Below are positions 38,696 through 46,708 of a DNA stretch of 46,708 bases, piece after piece. How positions within the stretch are numbered: the first letter of the stretch is position 1; every line of letters begins with the position of its first letter. Under the pieces are notes generated by a model. That model had not been told where the DNA came from and searched no databases. It saw only the letters and a list, made by a program, of their open reading frames with translations. Made by a program: the position numbers and the translations under genes. Location: positions 1-46,708 of the forward strand of contig JBQLZI010000001.1 in the NCBI GenBank assembly GCA_052168195.1. The letters are read 5' to 3'. Origin of the DNA: Phycisphaerales bacterium. GTDB lineage: Bacteria > Planctomycetota > Phycisphaerae > Phycisphaerales > UBA1924.

Positions 38696-40095
38696 GCGGC
38701 CACCCCATTTTCTGATAGGGAAGGCATGTCCAGCAGCGGCGAGACATCACCACGACCGACGAGCCTTGAGAACGAGTGCGGTCTATCGGCGGGCTCCGGC
38801 TCGTAGTATGTATGCATCTGCACGAGACTATGGCGGATGATCGCGTACTCGCTGTTGTTCTCCAGCCGAAACGGGTGAAGCCGGGCGAGGAGTTCATTGA
38901 CGAGCATCGACGCGAGCTGGGTGTTGACGGAGACTACCGCCGGCTTGGCCTCATCAACGCCCTCGATGTATTTGGATTTGCGGAGGTCTTCGTAGGCCGC
39001 TGGGTCAGTGCGTTTCGTGGCTTCAGCACGGAGCCGTTCGGGCGTGTACACGCCCCGATCCAAGAGAGAAGCGCCGTCGGGCTGCACATAGTGCACCGCT
39101 CCGCACACCTCCTGAATCGCGCCACGGCCATCCGCGACGAGCTTCACCCCGACATCCAAGAAGGGCAGGTTGTAGAACGCGGCGGTCCGGTTCGCGACAT
39201 GCCGACCCTCGACGCTGTCGACGCACCCGATCAGGATGTCCGTCCCGGCCAGTGCACGAACCGCCTCGGGCGAGTCCGCGATGTTTCCCGCGTAGGTCTC
39301 GACAGCGGTGCCGATCCCCATCGAGCGGATGGCACGTGCCATGGCCTCGACCTTGAGCGTCTTCCGTGCGGCGTCCTCCGCGGTCGTGTTCGGGATGCGT
39401 GGCAGGTTCTCATCGCCGACGTGGTCCGGATCGATGAGCACCAGCCGCCCCACACCAAGGCGAGCAAGTTGCTCGATGACCGGTCCACCGGTGCCGGAAC
39501 ACCCGATGACGCCGACGGACAGCCGACCGAGCAGCGACATCGTCGCCTCTCCGAACAGCCTGACCTGACGGTCGAACGTCGGGTCGGAGACGAAGCTCTC
39601 TCCATCACCGTCGAAGAACAAGATGTCGTTCCCGGCGACGGCGATGCGCCGGAGCCGCTCGAAGCGGCCATCGGGGTGGATCGCTCGGCCGAACATAGGC
39701 CCGCCCGGGAGCATCACGACGCTGGCGTGCGCGTCGACGCCGTCGGTCCACCCGTGCACCGACCCGAAGAGATCCGCGTCCGCCTTGTCGTCCTTCTCGG
39801 AGAACCGTGCGAAGCCGCCGGGGTGGCAATGGAACTTGACCACGGCATGGTCGCGCTCGATGGCTCGCACGAGGAGCTCTTCGAGCCGGCTCGTTGACCA
39901 AGTGACATCGATGTCGGTGCGTCGGCACTCGTCGTACGGGATGTGCACGATGTCTTGGAGCGTAAGGACATGCCCGTGGTCGCCTCGGTGGCGACCACAG
40001 ACTCCCACCGCGACGGCTTCGAGTCCGTCGCCCGGGTACAGGTGATTCATAAGGGCCGCGTGCTGATTGCCCGTCATTCTCATTGAAGTAGTCAT
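38692..40095 (-). CDS. JAB/JAMM metalloprotease fused to a ThiF/E1-like adenylyltransferase
   Basis: HCHPGGFARFSEKD equals HxH-x7-S-xx-D, an intact JAMM motif, preceded by an E (GLEAVAV). VGVIGCSGTGGPVIEQLARLGVGRLVLIDPD is the ThiF Rossmann motif. Confidence 0.88.
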   Translation of the reverse strand: MTTSMRMTGNQHAALMNHLYPGDGLEAVAVGVCGRHRGDHGHVLTLQDIVHIPYDECRRTDIDVTWSTSRLEELLVRAIERDHAVVKFHCHPGGFARFSEKDDKADADLFGSVHGWTDGVDAHASVVMLPGGPMFGRAIHPDGRFERLRRIAVAGNDILFFDGDGESFVSDPTFDRQVRLFGEATMSLLGRLSVGVIGCSGTGGPVIEQLARLGVGRLVLIDPDHVGDENLPRIPNTTAEDAARKTLKVEAMARAIRSMGIGTAVETYAGNIADSPEAVRALAGTDILIGCVDSVEGRHVANRTAAFYNLPFLDVGVKLVADGRGAIQEVCGAVHYVQPDGASLLDRGVYTPERLRAEATKRTDPAAYEDLRKSKYIEGVDEAKPAVVSVNTQLASMLVNELLARLHPFRLENNSEYAIIRHSLVQMHTYYEPEPADRPHSFSRLVGRGDVSPLLDMPSLSENGVAA

Positions 40096-40502
40096 CAGTT
40101 CAAACTCCCGATCTCTCGCGCAAGTAGCGCGTCAGCAAGAACAACCTGGGTGGAGATGTCGTCTTCTCCGACCCTCCATGGATTCGCGGATGTGCGATGC
40201 CGGGACCACCGCTGGAAGGGCTCGCCCCGGATCGACTGGTTCTTGAGCGCGTTGATCGCCTTGCCGTCCCGGCGCGCCAGAGCCGGCTTGACGTAGAACA
40301 TGTCGAGCGGCGCATCGGGGTACCCCGGAGGGATCATCAGCGCGAGCGCGACTTGGTCGTGCGTATAGCCCTTGGGGACGGCATGGTCGTGGAGGATGAC
40401 CCAGCGGGTCTTCCCTTCAACAACCGTCTCCCAACGGTCGGAATGCGCGTCCAGAAACTCTCGGTCGGGCTCAGGCAGTTCAAATTCGCGTCGTAGCTGC
40501 AT
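40095..40502 (-). CDS. Prokaryotic E2/UBC-like protein (E2_E-type), containing no cysteine
   Basis: 135 aa. LALMIPPGYPDAPLDMFYVKP is a UBC-fold-like core. Start and stop overlap both neighbours. The sequence contains zero Cys. Confidence 0.72.
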   Translation of the reverse strand: MQLRREFELPEPDREFLDAHSDRWETVVEGKTRWVILHDHAVPKGYTHDQVALALMIPPGYPDAPLDMFYVKPALARRDGKAINALKNQSIRGEPFQRWSRHRTSANPWRVGEDDISTQVVLADALLAREIGSLN

Positions 40503-40818
40503 TGTCGCTCCCCTCCGTGGGATCGAGCGGGAGCGTCATGAAGCGCTCCACGCCCGGCTTGGTCAGGTCCACCTTGTCGCCGGGGCCGATCTTGCGAACC
40601 TCGCCGCCGCGCAGCTTCTGCGACAGCATGAACTCGCTCGGCGACTTGTCGACGAGGGCGAGGATCTGCGCGCCGGTGATGCACGGCTCGTCGACCACGA
40701 AACGCTCGCGGTCGATGCGGATGCGGTAGCGGTGCCCGGGCGGCACAGGGCGTCCCGCTTTGGCAAACTCTTCGATGTCGATAGTCTCGGTCACGGTCTG
40801 GCCGTTCGTCTGACTCAT
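40480..40818 (-). CDS. Multiubiquitin-domain (Ubl) protein
   Basis: The ATG at 40818 is preceded by AGGAGAAGG. YRIRIDRERFVVDEPCITGAQILALVDK...KIGPGDKVDLTKPGVERFMTLP matches the multiubiquitin beta-grasp pattern from memory. Confidence 0.7.
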   Translation of the reverse strand: MSQTNGQTVTETIDIEEFAKAGRPVPPGHRYRIRIDRERFVVDEPCITGAQILALVDKSPSEFMLSQKLRGGEVRKIGPGDKVDLTKPGVERFMTLPLDPTEGSDNAATTRI

Positions 40819-40873
40819 GGCCTTCTCCTTGCTGTTGAATCTCAACTCAACGGTGGGGGTAAAAAAAACAGGT

Positions 40874-41590
40874 TCAGAACAGGCGCGCTTGGCCTGTGGC
40901 GTAGTCACGGTGCTCGAAGAGCTGCTTGCCCTTCACGTACAGCAGGTCGAGTTGTTGGAGACGCACGACCATCGCCGAGATGGTCACGCCGAACTTGTCC
41001 TTGAGGTCGTAGAGCGCTGGCCAACTGGTGCGGTCGATCTTCTTGACCTCCTCAAGCACTAGGTTCTTGGGCATCGAGATCGCGGCGGCGTAGCGATTGA
41101 CGACGCGGGCTTCGTCCGGCTCATCCGCGCGCTGATCGATCTCCTTCAGCAGCGCCCGCCCTTCGGCGGACTCCTCCAGCTTCTTAATGACGGCAACGTC
41201 GCCGACACCCGAACTCCGGAACGCGAACGGCCCGTCGCCGTTCTCGTCAAAAAGCGCGGGGTGGCCGAATGTCGCCTTGTCTACGTACAGGTCCCAGTGG
41301 CCCATCTCGTGGCCCTTGGTCGAACGCTCAAGCCCGGGATGCTTGTCCATGTACTCGCGGCGGGCTTCGTTCAGGATGATGAGCTTCTTCTGCGGCATGA
41401 TGGCGCCGAGGATCAGTTCGCCGGGGAGTTCCTGCACCGTGTCCCAGAGGAAGTCGAGCCCGAGCACGACCTCGCCGAGGTAGTCGATCTGGATCGGAAG
41501 GGTAAGCGGCTTGCCCATCGCACGCTCCATCTCCAGCAGCCGGGTTTCGGCCAGTACCTCTATGTCTGCGTTGCGATAGAACCGTTTCAT
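40874..41590 (-). CDS. ImmA/IrrE-family zinc metallopeptidase
   Basis: HEMGHWDLY is an HEXXH motif. The ATG at 41590 overlaps the XRE stop (ATGA). NRYAAAISMP is a downstream family motif. Confidence 0.85.
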   Translation of the reverse strand: MKRFYRNADIEVLAETRLLEMERAMGKPLTLPIQIDYLGEVVLGLDFLWDTVQELPGELILGAIMPQKKLIILNEARREYMDKHPGLERSTKGHEMGHWDLYVDKATFGHPALFDENGDGPFAFRSSGVGDVAVIKKLEESAEGRALLKEIDQRADEPDEARVVNRYAAAISMPKNLVLEEVKKIDRTSWPALYDLKDKFGVTISAMVVRLQQLDLLYVKGKQLFEHRDYATGQARLF

Positions 41591-41967
41591 TCGTCGGTGA
41601 TCCTTCTCAGTTTGTCGATGAGCTTGTCCCACTGCTCGGGCGTGAGGTTGCGGTCGACCGCCGACCGGTAGAAGACGCGGGCCTTCTCATTCTGGAGTTG
41701 CTCGCTGACATCGGACGGCGCTTTGCCAGCGAGGGCGAGGAGCTCGTCGCTGTCCGCATCGAGCACCAGTGCAAGAACGAGAATGGCCTGCTGAGATGGC
41801 GGCGGCATCCTCTCGTTCTCGATCTTACTGAGATAGGTGAAGTCGAACCCACGACCGTCCTGCTCCTTCAACTTCGCCGCGACCTTGTCGGCGAGCTCTC
41901 GCTGGGACAGGTGCTTGCCGAGCCTGAGCTCCTTCAGCCGCGTCCCGAATGTCTTTTCCCGTGGCAT
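41587..41967 (-). CDS. XRE-family HTH transcriptional regulator
   Basis: FGTRLKELRLGKHLSQRELADKV...YLSKIENERMPP is a classic HTH_3 motif. Confidence 0.85.
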   Translation of the reverse strand: MPREKTFGTRLKELRLGKHLSQRELADKVAAKLKEQDGRGFDFTYLSKIENERMPPPSQQAILVLALVLDADSDELLALAGKAPSDVSEQLQNEKARVFYRSAVDRNLTPEQWDKLIDKLRRITDE

Positions 41968-42258
41968 TCGCTCCTACTGTACCGCCGTTGAGTTGAGAGT
42001 CAACGCTATGAAGTCAAGAACTTTCCCCCCTCTGCGAGTGCGGACACGGCGCGGGGCCTGGCGGACAGCAAGTGAAACATTCACCACCGGATTCTGCGAC
42101 CCCGAATCCGGTGCTCGCTCATTGCGTCCTCCGTTGCGTCCTGACCAGGGCCCAAGACGCAATGGGCTGGCCCCCCACTCACCCGGGCGATCCGTCTTCT
42201 TGACCCTCTGAAGGCGGTTTCTGAGTGTCTGAGGGCCGGTTTTGTTCGGTATCTTTTC

Positions 42259-42305
<47 letters not shown>

Positions 42306-42308
42306 GAT

Positions 42309-42338
42309 AAGCCCTGCATTTGCAGGGCTTTATCTTTT
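42309..42338 (+). terminator. Hairpin plus T-tract immediately after attR (likely the ancestral tRNA-Asp terminator)
   Basis: AAGCCCTGC-attt-GCAGGGCTT followed by TATCTTTT. Confidence 0.6.
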
Positions 42339-42509
42339 GGTGCGTCTCCGGTCTCGGCGTTCAATCTTTGGAAGATCAAGACGCACTACGGACGCACTTC
42401 CGGTAGATGTCCGGGCGAAGTCACTGCTGGAACGATGGAATCGCCGGTGACCATCGGGATATTGGTCCGGTGGTGTTTGTGCTACGGGTGGTCGCCGACT
42501 CAGCGCGAC

Positions 42510-43256
42510 CTAGGCCGATTCGGAGCCCCTGCTCCGGCGCAAGCGCGAGCTTGCTCGCCAACTCCAGAGGGCAATGCCGGATCCCGACGTCGCGATCGCA
42601 AGCAAGCTGAAGGCCGTCAGGAGCGGATGGTTGAAGTCGTCCCGTCCGGTGTAGTCCATCGTGTGAAGCATCCAAAAGAAGTCGAAGATGCGCCACACAC
42701 GATTCCGCCGCGCGACGACCTGGCCGGTATGCGCGTCGATGTAGAGCCGTGCACGCTTCGCGTGGTCGAACTCGAGCCGGTACGCGGGCAGGTCGCCGTT
42801 GCGAAACTCGATGGGCGGGTCTGATTCGATCAGTTCCACGCTCTTGATCGGCGCTGAGTGCGCAAAGTCGCGTTCAGCGAGCACCTGGGCATCTTGCTCT
42901 GAGATCATGGGCAGGGCCTGGCCGGACTCGAAGTCGAGACGGGCGAGCAACTTGCCTGACGCCGAACGGATCTCCCACGACGGGCCGATTCCGCGGTCAG
43001 TCAGCGCGACAGTCGCAAGGTCCGGGTGCTGAGGCGAGAGGTCCCGCATCGCGGAGCGAAGCTTCTCCGGGAGCGCGTCAATCGCGCTCAGATTCAGCGG
43101 CTCGAACGGCGCGGACGCGATGTCACGCTCGCCGCGGACGTTGTCCAGGTGGAGCACGCTGAACATGAAGCCGCCAACGCTCCAGGCGAGCAGTTGGAGG
43201 CTGACGATCAGCCCCAGCCAGCGGTGGACGATGTAGTTGGCCTTGCGTGGTTTCAT
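42510..43256 (-). CDS. PepSY-domain / PepSY-associated TM membrane protein
   Basis: N-terminal HRWLGLIVSLQLLAWSVGG, C-terminal IFDFFWMLHTMDY and a final TM helix are typical of PepSY-TM proteins. Confidence 0.7.
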   Translation of the reverse strand: MKPRKANYIVHRWLGLIVSLQLLAWSVGGFMFSVLHLDNVRGERDIASAPFEPLNLSAIDALPEKLRSAMRDLSPQHPDLATVALTDRGIGPSWEIRSASGKLLARLDFESGQALPMISEQDAQVLAERDFAHSAPIKSVELIESDPPIEFRNGDLPAYRLEFDHAKRARLYIDAHTGQVVARRNRVWRIFDFFWMLHTMDYTGRDDFNHPLLTAFSLLAIATSGSGIALWSWRASSRLRRSRGSESA

Positions 43257-43263
43257 CGCGTTC

Positions 43264-45616
<2,353 letters not shown>

Positions 45617-45633
<17 letters not shown>

Positions 45634-46708
45634 CGGATGCAGACTCCTTTCGCAGGAACCACCTCTCGGCGCCGAAGATCAGAGCCATACCGCCGATGGA
45701 GACGCCGACGACCAGGGGGTCGCTCGTGAGCTTGATGTACAGGAACGCGCCGAGCACTACGGCGTCGAGCGCAAGTGCCGTCAGCAGCACCCAGCCGCGG
45801 GCGCCAAGGTCGCGCCGCAGGTGCTTGAACACACCCCAGTGGATCGCCATATCCATGACGATGTACAAGATCGCGCCCAGCGAGGCGATCCGGCTGAGGT
45901 CGAAGAAGACGGTCAGCGCGAGCGCGATGACGGTAGTGTAGACCAGCGTGTGCTTCTGGATGCGACCGGGCATGCCGAAGTGGCGGTGCGGCACAAGGGC
46001 CATGTCGGTGAGCATGGCGAGCATGCGGGACACAGCGAACATGCTCGCGATGATGCCCGAGATAGTCGCGACTATGGCGAGGCCGATGGTCAGCCATTCG
46101 CCCCATTGGCCGACGGCGGGTCGAGCGGCCTCAGCGAGCGCTGAGTCTCGCGCGGCGATGATCTCGTTGACGCTCAGATTGCCGGCAACGGCGAGCGTGA
46201 CGAGCAGGTAGAGCCCTGTGCAGATGAGCAGGCTAAAAACGATCGAGCGACCAACGTTCTTTGTTGGCTCCTTGATCTCATCGCCGCTATTGGTGATGGT
46301 TGTGAACCCCTTGTAGGCGAGAATCGAGAGCGCGACGGCCGCGAGGAATCCTGCGACCCCTCCCTCGGCCTCAGAGGGCGAGCCGTCTCCGGTCAGCGTG
46401 TCGAAGGAGAGTCCCGACACCCACAGGCCGATGCCCGCGAACACGGCGATCCCGCCAATCTTGATGATTGCGGTGATCTTGCTCAGGCCGCCGATGACCT
46501 CGTTGCCGAGCAGATTGACGACGAAGGCGACCACGATCAGCCCGACGCCGAGCGTGGGCACGAGCCATGAATCGGATCCTTCGCCGAAGATCCGCATCGT
46601 ATAGGTGCCGAAAGTGCGGGCGACGAGGCTCTCGTTGATCACCATCGAGAAGTACATCAGAAGCGAGCAGCCCGCGGTCACGACGCCCGGGCCGTAGGCC
46701 TTCTTGAG
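45617..46708 (-). CDS. APC-superfamily amino-acid permease (5' end outside the window)
   Basis: The frame stays open to the window edge. It is a polytopic membrane protein with APC-like helices ([38 protein letters not shown]). Confidence 0.8.

Overview
This is a high-GC bacterial chromosome segment; the PEP-CTERM-type proteins suggest a Planctomycetota-like Gram-negative, but that is a low-confidence guess. All calls come from reading the sequence and the ORF track by eye. No searches were run, and family names are motif recognition from memory. Left flank (1-5600): the 3' end of polA, two paralogous secreted PEP-CTERM-type proteins and an intact tRNA-Asp(GTC). Right flank (42.3-46.7 kb): a PepSY membrane protein, a copA-type P-type ATPase and a partial APC permease. 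Between them lies a ~36.75-kb integrative island (5553-42305) inserted into the 3' half of tRNA-Asp. It is bounded by perfect 47-bp direct repeats and visibly mosaic in base composition. The island carries: (i) two tyrosine integrase/excisionase modules and three XRE or ImmA/IrrE-type regulatory modules; (ii) a mobilisation set (MobF/TrwC relaxase-helicase, coupling-protein ATPase, ArdC, DUF2958) with no mating-pore genes; (iii) a translationally coupled five-gene BREX-type-3-like operon (DUF499 ATPase, short PglZ, DUF1156 Zn-ribbon methyltransferase, small protein, SNF2 helicase) downstream of a Fic gene that has paired inverted-repeat operators; (iv) a lower-GC three-gene module (capsule-synthesis-like glycosyltransferase, possible nucleotidyltransferase, ion-channel-like membrane protein) beside a (GA)25 microsatellite; (v) a six-gene operon encoding XRE, ImmA/IrrE, a multiubiquitin-like protein, a cysteine-free E2-like protein, a JAB-E1 fusion and a Cys-rich DUF6527-like protein. 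Module (v) is my top candidate for a poorly characterised conflict system. It is also flanked by a partial duplicate of the island's att arm.
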